Positions 30,481 through 40,450 of a stretch of DNA of 64,000 bases are shown here, one piece after another. The notes beneath the pieces are model-generated. The model was not told the DNA's origin. It did not search any database and worked only from the letters and a program-made list of their open reading frames with translations. Origin of the DNA: Nitrospirota bacterium (GTDB lineage Bacteria; Nitrospirota; Nitrospiria; Nitrospirales; Nitrospiraceae); the NCBI GenBank assembly GCA_963703955.1, contig CAVPGK010000017.1:1-64000 (forward strand). The letters run 5' to 3'. Every line of letters starts with the position of its first letter. Position 1 is the stretch's first letter. Position numbers and translations under genes: made by a program.

Positions 30481-30816
30481 ATGCCGGTCTATGAGTACGG
30501 GTGTGAGGCAGGTCACCGCTTTGAGGTGACCCAAAAATTCAGCGATCGCCCCATCACCATGTGTCAAGCTTGCGCCCAGCCGGTCTCTAAGCTGATTTCG
30601 GTGCCGGCGATCATGTTCAAGGGGTCCGGTTGGTACATCACGGACTATTCAGACAAGCTGAAGCCGACGGCCGCGGAGGGAAACTCAGAGAGCACCACCG
30701 GACCGAAGAAAGACGGCTCGGAGAAAGAGGCCGCTAATCCTGCATCCCCGCCTTCTGGCTCCGCGCCGGCACGCTCCCTAGTCTCCACCGCTTCAACGCC
30801 CAGAGTTTCTCTCTAG
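30481..30816 (+). CDS. FmdB family zinc-ribbon protein
   Basis: MPVYEYGC..GH.FE...C..C...KLIS...FKGSGWY.TDY; GAGGAG RBS. Confidence 0.9.
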   Translation: MPVYEYGCEAGHRFEVTQKFSDRPITMCQACAQPVSKLISVPAIMFKGSGWYITDYSDKLKPTAAEGNSESTTGPKKDGSEKEAANPASPPSGSAPARSLVSTASTPRVSL

Positions 30817-30870
30817 TGAGATCTGGTGATTCAAGCCCAAGGGGTCTAGAGAATGTAATGGAGGTGACAC

Positions 30871-31164
30871 ATGGAACTAGTGATGTGGATTGTTGTGGGG
30901 ATCGTCGCGTGTATTGTCTTAGTGCCAGTGCTGGTGGTCGGGACCTGGTTTGTTGTCTTGACGGTGATCCTGGGGCTGGCTGACGGGACCATATGGTTGC
31001 TGGATCAAGGGTGGAAGAAGAACAAGGGTGGAAGCAGAAATGGGAAGCTAACCCTGCCTGTCGAGTATTTGCCGTCGCGTATTTACCTCGGGGAACATGT
31101 TGCAGAGGTTGATGCGGAGAGTGGCGCAGGTGGTCCTCGCGTGACTCTGACGAGAGTAGCGTAA
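30871..31164 (+). CDS. Small membrane protein
   Basis: GGAGGTG RBS; long hydrophobic N-terminus. Confidence 0.6.
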   Translation: MELVMWIVVGIVACIVLVPVLVVGTWFVVLTVILGLADGTIWLLDQGWKKNKGGSRNGKLTLPVEYLPSRIYLGEHVAEVDAESGAGGPRVTLTRVA

Positions 31165-31195
31165 CCTCAGATCAGGAAAAGGGAGGTAAGGTACC

Positions 31196-31631
31196 ATGAG
31201 AACCTATCTATTCATCAGAGGCACCGTCCTCGCCGCGTCGCTCACGCTGATCACGGGGGTTCCCGTGCTGTTAACACAAGCGGCGGATCAGCCTTGTGGG
31301 GCGGGCATCCCCGAGGTGATGGCGGGGCAGCCCGCTCCACAGCACGATGTGCTTACGCCTGAGGTTCAGCCGGCTCAGGCCATCTGGGTCGATGAGATCA
31401 GAAACTCACTGGACAGCGACAGGAAGAACTACCCCACGCCCAATTTTGACCCGTACTTCAAGAAACTGAACGTCGTAGATGAGGCGGTGGGCTGTGGGGA
31501 CCGGCGTGTGGTGAAGGTGGGAGATGAGCTCATTTTTCAAGATGCCGGCCAATCGCGCGTATGGCATCAATGAGGACACTGCAGGTGAGCTGTCCACCTT
31601 TGCGCAGATGGTCACATCGATTCGGGAGTAG
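31196..31631 (+). CDS. Secreted hypothetical protein, paralog of 33011-33517; frameshift near 31520
   Basis: WVDEI...YP..NFDPY.KKL..V..AV..GDRR.VKV, then EM..FF.M.ANRA.G.N...A.EL..FA in the next frame. Confidence 0.7.
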
Positions 31632-31708
31632 GGAGATTGCGGGTGGGAGGTGGTTCTCCAAGGCCAAGGTCGGGACATTTGGACGCCTAAATCAGAGAGG
31701 AGATCATC

Positions 31709-31978
31709 ATGGCACAGCAAGGGACCGCTGTTGATCGAATTCTCAAAGCAGTGCAACGCGCTCCTGGATGTCAATTAGACCATCTGGCGGTTCGCTTGCC
31801 GGACCTCACGTGGAATCAGGTCTTTCTCGAAGTCGATCGCATGAGCCGAACCGGACAGATACGGGTACAGTCAAGAGGCAACGGGGACTATACGCTCGCG
31901 CTACCAGGCAGCGCTGACATGAAACAAGAAGCATCGGGCCGTGTTAGACGAAACGACGCCAAAGCCTCCCGTGGTTAG
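31709..31978 (+). CDS. Small winged-helix-like protein, paralog of 53275-53496
   Basis: Shared DRI..AV..AP.C....L....PDLTW.Q.F.E.D..SR.GQ.R; GAGGAG RBS. Confidence 0.75.
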   Translation: MAQQGTAVDRILKAVQRAPGCQLDHLAVRLPDLTWNQVFLEVDRMSRTGQIRVQSRGNGDYTLALPGSADMKQEASGRVRRNDAKASRG

Positions 31979-32010
31979 GTAAATCGGAAGTTGCCAAAGG
32001 AGATCACGCG

Positions 32011-32235
32011 ATGCCCTGTCCACGTTGCCATGGGTTGATGGTGACTACCAAGTTGGAGGATAGGAAGGGCTCCATAAGCTTTGAAGCCTTACCCGGCTGG
32101 CACTGCCTTGTCTGTGGCGAAGTGCTCGACCCTGGCATCATAGCCAATCGAAAAGGTCAACGGCATCCGACGCGTAGCCGGGCTCGTCCTCGGTATGGTG
32201 CTTGGCTGGCGGGGACAGACGGTCTCAACGGCTAG
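32011..32235 (+). CDS. Small CxxC/CxxC zinc-ribbon protein, paralog of 52510-52731
   Basis: MPCPRCHGLMV...WHCLVCGEVLD; AAGGAG RBS. Confidence 0.78.
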   Translation: MPCPRCHGLMVTTKLEDRKGSISFEALPGWHCLVCGEVLDPGIIANRKGQRHPTRSRARPRYGAWLAGTDGLNG

Positions 32236-32254
32236 CCAAAGAGGAAGATGCGAC

Positions 32255-32392
32255 ATGATAGCTGATCTATCTAGAACAGAGACGACTGTTGTTCCGCTAT
32301 GGGTCATTATCGTCTGGTTTGCGGTCACGGTCGTCGCAATACTGACGCTGATCATGGGGCTTCCGGTGGTGTCAGCCCATGCGGGATATTAA
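32255..32392 (+). CDS. Small single-TM protein
   Basis: ATG after GAGGAAG; ~25-aa hydrophobic stretch. Confidence 0.5.
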   Translation: MIADLSRTETTVVPLWVIIVWFAVTVVAILTLIMGLPVVSAHAGY

Positions 32393-32505
32393 CGGCCTGG
32401 AGCAACTCAGTGGAGCGATCACTGACGCCAGGTTTGCAGCGCCTCTCTGAATCGTCACCGGAGAGGGTGACCTCTGATGCGGGCAGGAGGCGGAAAGGGG
32501 AGACC

Positions 32506-32871
32506 ATGTCAACGAGAAAGATCGTCATTAACAAGAGCTATGGAAGCAAGAGCGACGGAGGGTTTTGTGTCAGTCACAGGGCATTTCTGCGGTTGCGAGA
32601 CTTGGGCCAACGCGAGGCGCTCCAAGAACCTGACCTCGGTGCGTACTGGCCGAATGGGGCTTCTCCACGAGAGCCGAGTCTGAATATGTGCGGCGCGCTC
32701 ATCCCCCGAGACGATCAGAAACTGGTGCAGGTCGTGGAGGAGCTAGGATCTGAGGCGAACGGCCACTGCGCGGAACTGAAGATTGTGCAGATTCCGAACG
32801 ATGTCCATTGGCAGATCGAAACCGCCAACGGGGTGGAGCATGTGAGCGAGGTCCATCGTACGTGGAACTGA
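32506..32871 (+). CDS. Hypothetical protein resembling a phage-associated family
   Basis: KIVINKSYG..GGF..S, RDD.KLVQVVEELG.EANG.CA.LKIV.IP.DV.W.I, HRTW; family recalled from memory. Confidence 0.7.
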   Translation: MSTRKIVINKSYGSKSDGGFCVSHRAFLRLRDLGQREALQEPDLGAYWPNGASPREPSLNMCGALIPRDDQKLVQVVEELGSEANGHCAELKIVQIPNDVHWQIETANGVEHVSEVHRTWN

Positions 32872-33010
32872 GGAACAGTCCGCCACCCACTCCGAGGCGT
32901 TCCCTGCATGCATTGGCGAAAGGAGCAGTCAGGGTGCCCGTGCCCTTCATCGCATGGGCATCGTGACGAAACCCTAAACCCTCGGACCTGGACCAACAGG
33001 AAGGGGAGCG

Positions 33011-33517
33011 ATGCGAACCGATCGGTTCATAAGGAGCGCGGTCATCGTCACGTCATTGACGCTGATCCCGTGGCTCCCTGTGTTCCGTATACATGCAGCG
33101 GAGCAGCCTCCGAGAGTGGGTACGCCCTCCCAGGAGATATCAGAGACGATCACGGATGCGCAACCCTCTGTTCCGAGCGCCGCGCCTGTGGTGGGAGGCG
33201 CTCCGACTCAGGTCACATGGGTGGACGACATCATGGACGCGCTGGACATGCATTTCAAAGCGACCTATCCCACCGTCGATTTTGCCCCGTACCTGAAGAA
33301 GTTGACCCTGGTACGGGATGCCGTGAATCACGGCGATCGGCGAACGGTGAAGGTTGAGATGGGCATGTTCTTCACGATGCTCGCCAATCGGGCCGATGGC
33401 ATGAACAACGTCGCGGCGGATGAACTGGCCAACTTCGCGCTCGTGGTGATGCAGGTCCAGGAATACGGACCAGAGGCGTATGGGACAACGACTCCAAGGT
33501 CCGGGTCCGAGCAATAA
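33011..33517 (+). CDS. Secreted hypothetical protein
   Basis: Signal peptide ending IHA-AEQ; paralog at 31196. Confidence 0.75.
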   Translation: MRTDRFIRSAVIVTSLTLIPWLPVFRIHAAEQPPRVGTPSQEISETITDAQPSVPSAAPVVGGAPTQVTWVDDIMDALDMHFKATYPTVDFAPYLKKLTLVRDAVNHGDRRTVKVEMGMFFTMLANRADGMNNVAADELANFALVVMQVQEYGPEAYGTTTPRSGSEQ

Positions 33518-33570
33518 GGAGATTGATGTCAGGACGACCTTCTCCCCATACCTTCCCTAGGAGACCTTAT

Positions 33571-34371
33571 ATGTCCAGCAGAGTGGTCACAGTGCTGAGT
33601 CTAATCCTCGCCACGACCACGGGTCTGGTTTCCGCTGGCGTCTCCGGCTCGATGGTCATCGTCGGGAATGGCCCTGAACTCCCGACTATCGAACGACTGG
33701 CGCGGGCGTTTGAGAAGAGTCACCTCGGAAGCGTCGTGGAGATCCAATGGGATCAATATTCGGACCCGATTGCAATGGTCAAGGCGGGTGATGCGCATGT
33801 GGCTGTGACTGGACGAACAGCCCCGAACTTGGCCGCGATCCCGATTGCCTGGGACGGGATTGCACTGGTCGTCTACATCGCGAACCCAACGAAAGAGGTC
33901 ACCACACAACAGGTGGCCGCTATCTTCTCGGGCAAGGTGAAGCGGTGGGCAGAACTGAGCGGACAGGAAACCGCTATTCAACTGATCGATCGTCCGCTGA
34001 ACCAAAATATCCGCCAGAGCTTTGAGGAAACGCTTGGTATTGTGGGCCAGATTCCTCCATCGGCACAGGTGATTCGATCCGACCAGAAAGCGATGAGCAC
34101 GGTGGCAGGCAGCCTCTCTGCAGTGGCTTATGCCTCGCTGAGGCCGGCGCTCGATGCCGTGAAGTACGGGGTGGATGTCAGTTTACTTGTGATTGACCGG
34201 GTCGAGGCGGCTGAAGAGACGGTCAGAGACGGACGGTATACGCTTCGTCGCCCGGTGCTTCTGCTGTCAAGAAAGGAGCCGAACCCCGTTGCTGAAGCCT
34301 TTGCCGCCTTTGCGCTTTCGACAGAAGGTCAGGAGATCGTAAACGAGCTGTTTACTCCCTACCGTCCCTGA
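33571..34371 (+). CDS. PstS-like (PBP2) periplasmic substrate-binding protein
   Basis: PIAWDGIALVV...NP, IFSGKVKRW.EL.G, DGRY.L.RP.LL, S.EGQEIV. Confidence 0.8.
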   Translation: MSSRVVTVLSLILATTTGLVSAGVSGSMVIVGNGPELPTIERLARAFEKSHLGSVVEIQWDQYSDPIAMVKAGDAHVAVTGRTAPNLAAIPIAWDGIALVVYIANPTKEVTTQQVAAIFSGKVKRWAELSGQETAIQLIDRPLNQNIRQSFEETLGIVGQIPPSAQVIRSDQKAMSTVAGSLSAVAYASLRPALDAVKYGVDVSLLVIDRVEAAEETVRDGRYTLRRPVLLLSRKEPNPVAEAFAAFALSTEGQEIVNELFTPYRP

Positions 34372-34573
34372 GAATAGAAGACAAGGAGAGGACTAGTGAA
34401 CTTACGTAGTTGGTTACGTTTCAAAAAGAATGGCATGCCTCTTTGCGTAACAATTTGGAACGGAAGATGAGACGGTTGGGCCGCCGGGTCTTGTGTGGTC
34501 ACGATAGTCTCTTCTGACTCTATATGCGCGCGTAAGTCATTAAGAAGGCACCTGTGCGGAAGGAGATAAAGAC

Positions 34574-35086
34574 ATGAACGAAGAGGACAAATCACATCTC
34601 GAATCCATCATGAATAAGTTTGAAAAGAAGTTGGCGAAATCGACAGATGCAAAAGAACAACGACAATCAGAAGAAAATGTCTTCTATAGTGAGTTTAAGC
34701 GACTTCGGACGCAGGTCATTCGTCCTGCAATGGAAGATATTGGAAGCGCGCTGAAAGCCAGAGGCCACAATTCCGAAATATCAGAAGTCGGCGATGAGAG
34801 AAGCAAACGAGATGCAAAAATAACCATGAGCATAACGATCGGGGGAGTTCCGAGCTCTGCCTATGCACCCGAAAACACTGTGTCGATTTCCTTTTCTCAT
34901 GCGGGGCACACGACAATCTCCGTTCAGGCGAGCACGCCGATTAGAAACAGGAGTGGATTCGCGAGATCGCGGGGGAATTATGCCGTGTCTGAAATTACGA
35001 CGGAGTTGGTGGAGAAAAGAATTCTCGAGGTTCTAGAGGAGGTATTTGCCCAAGATAGCAATGAGCTCGCGAAGCGAGGCATCTAA
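34574..35086 (+). CDS. Hypothetical protein
   Basis: 170-aa ORF, AAGGAG RBS, AT-richer. Confidence 0.7.
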   Translation: MNEEDKSHLESIMNKFEKKLAKSTDAKEQRQSEENVFYSEFKRLRTQVIRPAMEDIGSALKARGHNSEISEVGDERSKRDAKITMSITIGGVPSSAYAPENTVSISFSHAGHTTISVQASTPIRNRSGFARSRGNYAVSEITTELVEKRILEVLEEVFAQDSNELAKRGI

Positions 35087-35487
35087 CAATGCGGGATCGG
35101 ACACTCCGAACTAACTCAGAGGATCTTCTAATCTGTGGTCATGTTTGTGCTCAACTCCATCTCACTGCACAACAGTGCTTCGGCATCTCGCATTAGCACG
35201 GGCCGAGATAATGGAGATGCTCTCGGTGAACCGGGTGGTCAAGGAGAAGGTGGAGCAAGAGCATAATCGGGTGCTCTCCCTCGCTGGGGCATGCCTCGCG
35301 GACGGAGCCGGAACGACGACGGCGATGGATGAATTGAAAGCGGCGCGGACCATGCTGAAAACCAAGACCATGGCCTTGAGTGATTTGCTCGCGGTCTTTC
35401 GAGCCGCCTGACAATATGCCAGTTGCTCAGGTGGCAGGGATCAGAACCTAGACGAGGTCACTATTTAGGAAGGTAAAAGGAGCAGTT

Positions 35488-35928
35488 ATGACCACACGAA
35501 ATTTTGTGCTGACAATAGGCATTCTCTATCTACTGATCGGACTACTGGGCTTCTTCCCCGCGCTGGTCTCGGCACCCCCCGCTGGTGCACCAAGTGTGTG
35601 GGTCGAGAGCGCCTACGGGTATCTCTTCGGGCTGTTTCCCGTGAACGCGCTCCATAACCTCGTGCACCTCATGATCGGAATCTGGGCCCTCGGCGCCTAT
35701 CGCAGCCTCTCAAGATCGACCCTCTTTGCACGTGGGATCGCGATCCTCTTCGGCCTGCTGACGGTCATGGGATTGATCCCGGCATTGAACACCACGCTTG
35801 GTCTGATTCCCATCTTTGGACACGCGGTGTGGTTGCACGCCGCCACGGCGGCGATCGCTGCCTACTTCGGATATGTGCGTGCCGCGGAAGTCCTGCCGCT
35901 GGAGTGGCAGACGCACCGGGCGTCCTGA
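35488..35928 (+). CDS. DUF4383-type membrane protein
   Basis: LFGLFPVNALHNLVHL, GL.PI.G..VWLH; AAGGAG RBS. Confidence 0.82.
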   Translation: MTTRNFVLTIGILYLLIGLLGFFPALVSAPPAGAPSVWVESAYGYLFGLFPVNALHNLVHLMIGIWALGAYRSLSRSTLFARGIAILFGLLTVMGLIPALNTTLGLIPIFGHAVWLHAATAAIAAYFGYVRAAEVLPLEWQTHRAS

Positions 35929-35937
35929 AATCGTGTC

Positions 35938-35966
35938 GCCGGCAAGCGTAAAGGCTTGCCGGCTTC
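35938..35966 (+). terminator. Hairpin downstream of the DUF4383 gene
   Basis: GCCGGCAAGC-GTAAAG-GCTTGCCGGC-TT. Confidence 0.5.
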
Positions 35967-36011
35967 GCCGGCCCCATCGAGGAGATGGGCAATAGGAACA
36001 GGGAGAGCATC

Positions 36012-36317
36012 ATGAACAACACGCGACGGACTTACCTACTGACGCTTAATTCGCCATCCCAAAGACCCCTTAGGCTCTGGACAGGCAAGAGTATCCATAC
36101 CCTGCGCCACTGCTCGGTCAAAGAGATCGGAGGTGCGCTGGTTGAGATGCAAAAGAGTCTGGATGATCTGCAAAAGTGCATGCGGACGCTTCAACACGTG
36201 AAGGAGCAGTTGGTGTCTGAGTCAACGGACGGGGTCGGCGGGACCCGGAAAAAGGATAATGAATCATTGAAGGCGGCCGCTCGGTTTTCGGAGTTCTGGG
36301 CTTCTTCCACGCGCTGA
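36012..36317 (+). CDS. Hypothetical protein, possibly chimeric 3' end
   Basis: GGGAG RBS; coiled-coil-like segment; end overlaps a duplicated fragment. Confidence 0.4.
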   Translation: MNNTRRTYLLTLNSPSQRPLRLWTGKSIHTLRHCSVKEIGGALVEMQKSLDDLQKCMRTLQHVKEQLVSESTDGVGGTRKKDNESLKAAARFSEFWASSTR

Positions 36318-36424
36318 TTTCGGCACCACCCCCCCCTGGTGCACCAAGTGTGTGGGTCGATAGCGCACGCCTGCAGCTATCTCCTTGGGGGCTGTTTCCC
36401 GTAAACCCGCTCCATAACCTCGTG
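36296..36424 (+). pseudogene. Degenerate duplicate of an internal fragment (35545-35664) of the DUF4383 gene
   Basis: Shared CTGGTGCACCAAGTGTGTGGGTCGA and GGGCTGTTTCCCGT..A.CGCTCCATAACCTCGTG blocks, with indels. Confidence 0.85.
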
Positions 36425-36731
36425 TAGTGCCCGATCAGGGAAGGGCCTCCAGAGAACTGAAAGAGGCGATCATAGGCCGGACGAATCGACGTGGCCCATT
36501 CTTTCGAAACATCAGCCAGAAAGGTGATCCTCACGGAGGGAAGGGCCGAGGAAGGTCCAGGACATAAAGGGGGGTTAAGGAGCCAGCATGACGAGTCTTG
36601 ACTTGCACTCGACGACAGCCAGAGACAGGAGCCCGACCGATGGAACGCCACGGCCGCTGCTAGCCAGAAGCGATCGATAAGGTCATACAGTCGGATCACG
36701 GTGCAGTTCGAGAAAACAAAAGGAGGGCGAC

Positions 36732-36971
36732 ATGAACCACGAGCAATTCAAACAGAGTTGGTGCCAACTTGAGGGACATCTTAAGAAGCACTGGGAAAAA
36801 CTCACGAAGGACGATCTTGCACGGATTGATGGCGATTTAGATACATTCAACAGCGCCATCGAACAGCGTTACGGCGAGATGAAGGGAGAGGTCAGCAAGT
36901 GGGCGGACCGATGGTATGCCCGGTGGACCGGGTGGTATGAAGGGTACGAAGAGGCGAAACCGACCTCTTGA
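36732..36971 (+). CDS. CsbD family general stress protein
   Basis: W.QL.G.LK..W.KLT.DDL..IDG...I..RYG; AAGGAGG RBS. Confidence 0.82.
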   Translation: MNHEQFKQSWCQLEGHLKKHWEKLTKDDLARIDGDLDTFNSAIEQRYGEMKGEVSKWADRWYARWTGWYEGYEEAKPTS

Positions 36972-37027
36972 GTGGTTGAACCAAGTCCACCGCCTTGGAT
37001 TTTGCTGATGTGGGTTCGTCACGATTC

Positions 37028-37215
37028 GCTCGTTCCACAGCGGGCCAGTCGATGGGACCCTTTGTCTCGGCAACGGCGAGAAAATGGAGGCCCACGATGT
37101 GATCGCCACCAACTGGATAGGCGACCTGTGGCTCATTGAGGGCGGATTACATACGGGAAAACAGATCGTGGTGGACAGCTTTCAAGGGGTAATGCCGGGA
37201 ACGGTTGTGAAACTG
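37028..37215 (+). pseudogene. Remnant of an RND efflux membrane-fusion protein C-terminus
   Basis: LVPQRA, then W.G..WLIEGGL..G..IVVD.FQ.V.PG..VK in a different frame; no upstream gene body. Confidence 0.55.
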
Positions 37216-37325
37216 TTCCCTCTGCTGAGAACAAGGGCCGTAGCCAATACCCACCTATACAAGCCCAACAATGAGAGAAGATCGGGAAGACGTGCAACCT
37301 CTAGTCTGAACAAGAGAAGCCTCAC

Positions 37326-38108
37326 ATGGAGTTAATGTTCAGTCCGATAATCGTGCTGGTCTTGCTGGCTCTTCTCGTGGCGATGGGTTTCCATGTGCTG
37401 CGCGAATATGAGCGGGCCGTGATCTTTCGGTTTGGAAGAGTGGCGCGCGGCCTCGTCGGCGGGAACGGACCCGGGGTCGTGGTCATCATTCCACTTGTCG
37501 ACAAGCTGGTGCGCGTGAGCCTCCGGACCGTCGCCATGGACGTGCCGCCGCAAGACGTCATTACGAGGGATAACGTGTCCGTGAAGGTCAACGCCGTCAT
37601 TTATTTCCGTGTCGTCGACCAGCAGCGAGCGATTATCCAGATTCAGGACTACCTCTATGCGACGTCGATGATGGCCCAGACCACGCTCCGCAGCGTCCTC
37701 GGCCAGAGTCAGCTCGATGATCTGCTGGCCAAGCGGGAAGAGCTCAACAGCAAGCTCCAGCTCATCCTTGACCAGCAGACAGAGCCCTGGGGCGTGAAGG
37801 TCTCGGCGGTCGAGGTGAAAAACGTGGACCTTGCCCAGGAGATGCAGCGCGTGATCGCCAAGCAGGCCGAAGCGGAACGTGAGCGGCGGTCCAAGGTCAT
37901 TCACGCCGAGGGCGAATACCAGGCTGCACAACGCCTGGCCGATGCGGCCAATATCATGAGCCAGAACCCGGTCGCGCTCCAATTGCGGTATCTGCAGACT
38001 TTGGTGGAGGTCGCCGCTGAAAAGAACTCGACCACGATCTTTCCGATCCCCATTGACATGCTCACGCCCTTCATCCAAGGGCTGCAGAAACGCGAACCAG
38101 CGGGGTAA
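37326..38108 (+). CDS. SPFH/band 7 stomatin-like (slipin) protein
   Basis: [42 protein letters not shown]. Confidence 0.93.
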   Translation: MELMFSPIIVLVLLALLVAMGFHVLREYERAVIFRFGRVARGLVGGNGPGVVVIIPLVDKLVRVSLRTVAMDVPPQDVITRDNVSVKVNAVIYFRVVDQQRAIIQIQDYLYATSMMAQTTLRSVLGQSQLDDLLAKREELNSKLQLILDQQTEPWGVKVSAVEVKNVDLAQEMQRVIAKQAEAERERRSKVIHAEGEYQAAQRLADAANIMSQNPVALQLRYLQTLVEVAAEKNSTTIFPIPIDMLTPFIQGLQKREPAG

Positions 38109-38150
38109 AGGGAAAAGGATGGCAATTCTGCCACTCGAAGACAACAGCCC

Positions 38151-38663
38151 ATGGACAAAATAGATAGAGAATTGGAACGAAGTCCCTTAAGCCGCCGGTG
38201 GATCTTCGATCGTCCAGTGAGTGGAACTACGATCGGATTGATGGAGGCTCTCGACGGGTGGGGCTATATCACGGCAGGGGTCAGTTTCCTGGCGATCGGC
38301 ATGGTGGTCTTCGTCCATGCCTGGTACATCTTCGCGACGACGGCCGGTTCGGCGGTGCTTCCTGCGGTGCTGGCACTCGTCCATGATCTCTTGCTGGTGA
38401 TCATCCTGCTGGAACTCTTTCGCACCATCATTAACTTTCTGAAGACCCAAATGATCACGCTGGAGCCGTTCCTGTACATCTGCGTTATTGCGTCCACCCG
38501 ACGCATCCTCACTACGGGAGCCCAGATTGCCTATATGGAAGATCTGACCGATCAGGTGTTCCACCGCTATCTTCTAGACCTGGGTGCCAATGTGTTGGTC
38601 ATCGTCGCGCTGGTTGTGGCGGTGTATATGGCACGCAAGTCTCAGCCGGCATCGCCTAAGTGA
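38151..38663 (+). CDS. PsiE-like phosphate-starvation-inducible membrane protein
   Basis: DLLLVIILLELF.T...LEPFL.I.VIAS.RRIL. Confidence 0.75.
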   Translation: MDKIDRELERSPLSRRWIFDRPVSGTTIGLMEALDGWGYITAGVSFLAIGMVVFVHAWYIFATTAGSAVLPAVLALVHDLLLVIILLELFRTIINFLKTQMITLEPFLYICVIASTRRILTTGAQIAYMEDLTDQVFHRYLLDLGANVLVIVALVVAVYMARKSQPASPK

Positions 38664-38880
38664 AGGTGAGAGGGCATCAGCCTCAGTGAGTCGGTCTGTT
38701 CAGAACGGGTTGTCAGACGTCAGCCAAAGATAAGGTTTTCGTGAGGTGTCGCTGACCCTTCGGGACGCGGCGGGCATTGGGCAATTCTGCTTAAATCGGA
38801 AACTCGATCTCGAAAGAGCGACAAGTGTTTGTCGAGAATTTCCCCATCGGCTCCTTCACGCCTTAAGGGGCACGGTCAAA

Positions 38881-39282
38881 CTATTTCTTTTTCTCACAAA
38901 GCTCAACGATAGCTTCGAGTCTGCCATCTTGTGGACTGATCATAAGAAGCATCCCCTTATGCTCTGGGTCTCTTTTAAAGAAGGTGGCAAAATCCTCTTG
39001 ATACAAGCTTTCCTCGATCCTTGTATCGCCACTCTTGCTATCATAAACTTTTTCGTGGATAAAAGCGGTTACAGTCTGAGTGCCATTTGATCGCATGTTG
39101 CTTGTCACTCTCCAGAATATACGACCTGGATCGACAGACCCTTTTGCTTTATCCATTTTAACGTTAGAACATAATTTGGTTCCTTTCTTCACCTCGACGT
39201 TATTGCCTTTATCAATAAATTCAGCTAAGCCTAGAATGGGAAATCCAATTAGGATTGGAACCAAAAGCAGGTACCTTAACAT
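38881..39282 (-). CDS. Secreted hypothetical protein, AT-rich
   Basis: Signal-peptide-like N-terminus, two Cys, GAGG RBS. Confidence 0.6.
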   Translation of the reverse strand: MLRYLLLVPILIGFPILGLAEFIDKGNNVEVKKGTKLCSNVKMDKAKGSVDPGRIFWRVTSNMRSNGTQTVTAFIHEKVYDSKSGDTRIEESLYQEDFATFFKRDPEHKGMLLMISPQDGRLEAIVELCEKKK

Positions 39283-39486
39283 GCGATAACCTCTCTGCAA
39301 TTGGGTTTAGAAAGATTTTCCTTGGATGATCATAAGGATACGCTAAACCCCTAGAAAAAATCGACGTGAGTTGCCCGCGTTGTTCCTGGAGGTGGCAAAC
39401 TAACCATGTGGATAGGACAAGCCGATGACGGGTCGCAAGGTGAATGGAATATGAGAAATAAGTGTGATCGAAGAATGAAGGCAGCT

Positions 39487-39777
39487 CTAGTCGTAGAAGG
39501 TTTCCGGAATCTGAAAATGGTGAAATCGCTCGGCTGGAACATCGAATGATGTCTTGCAATGCGGACATTGACCATGTATGCGCCCTAGACGGGGCTCGGT
39601 GGATAGTACTGTGGTCTCAGCAGTGCCTTGCGTGACATCACGATACATTGGGCAGTGCCGTTCACAAACGGGGCAGACAATACCCCAATACCATTCGCCG
39701 ACCAGTGGTGTTTCCATAAGCATTGGTCTTCCATTATTTGAGAGATCCGCCATGCTAGGTCTCTCCTCAGGTGTCAT
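39487..39777 (-). CDS. Hypothetical zinc-finger protein
   Basis: CPVC...CPHC; AAGGAG RBS. Confidence 0.6.
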   Translation of the reverse strand: MTPEERPSMADLSNNGRPMLMETPLVGEWYWGIVCPVCERHCPMYRDVTQGTAETTVLSTEPRLGRIHGQCPHCKTSFDVPAERFHHFQIPETFYD

Positions 39778-39889
39778 GGTAACTTCTCCTTACCAGTGGC
39801 GCCCTCTCATGTGATGTTAGGAAAAGGCTCGGATGCGGTCGAGTGACTCAGACTGGTGCATCATCTGACCTAGACAAAGCCGTTTATCT

Positions 39890-40072
39890 CTAGAGGGGCG
39901 CTTGCGGTCCCGGTTTCATACCGGCAAGGTCTGGATCCGCCCCGGTGTCTGGTCGAACGTGTGCCGCCTTCTCGTCTTTTCGCTGGACCCGACGCGACTC
40001 TTTCTCTCGCTGTTTGGCTCGTCGATCACGCTCGTGAGCTTGTTTTGCGACGGTCATTGTGTATGGCTTCAT
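39890..40072 (-). CDS. Small basic protein
   Basis: Arg/Lys/Glu-rich helix followed by DPDLAGMKPGPQ. Confidence 0.6.
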   Translation of the reverse strand: MKPYTMTVAKQAHERDRRAKQREKESRRVQRKDEKAAHVRPDTGADPDLAGMKPGPQAPL

Positions 40073-40077
40073 GGTGC

Positions 40078-40353
40078 TTAACACCTTAGATCACGAATAA
40101 GTTGCTCCATCTGTCCGCGGATCTGTTTCATTGAGCTTGGATCTTCTATGAAATCGTACAGATCATCCTCGGAAAGTGATAAGCTCAGGGTTCTTGTTTT
40201 GTTCGAAATGGCGATTTGAAAGATCCCATTTGCCGTCTCTTGCGAAATCTTACACATGAGCTGGGGATTCATAGACGTGACCATCTCGCTCAACTGCTTT
40301 TTGGCCTTGTCCAGATCAGACAGTGTCGAATTCGTATTCAGGGTGGTCACCAT
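40078..40353 (-). CDS. Hypothetical protein
   Basis: 91-aa ORF after AAAGGAA. Confidence 0.55.
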   Translation of the reverse strand: MVTTLNTNSTLSDLDKAKKQLSEMVTSMNPQLMCKISQETANGIFQIAISNKTRTLSLSLSEDDLYDFIEDPSSMKQIRGQMEQLIRDLRC

Positions 40354-40450
40354 TTCCTTTCTGCGGTTCCCGGACTATTTCAATGCCTCCCTCTTGCCCC
40401 ATCCTTCCGCGCTATCGAGAAAGACGGGGCATAGAGAGAGCCGACTACGC

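Noticed and set aside
34431..34447. Possible sigma54 promoter TGGCATGCCTCTTTGCG
   Set aside because: GG to GC spacing is 11 rather than the strict 10; only valid if one base is a sequencing insertion.
35145..35411. 88-aa ORF
   Set aside because: TTG start without clear RBS and no recognisable motif; may be a remnant, not supportable.
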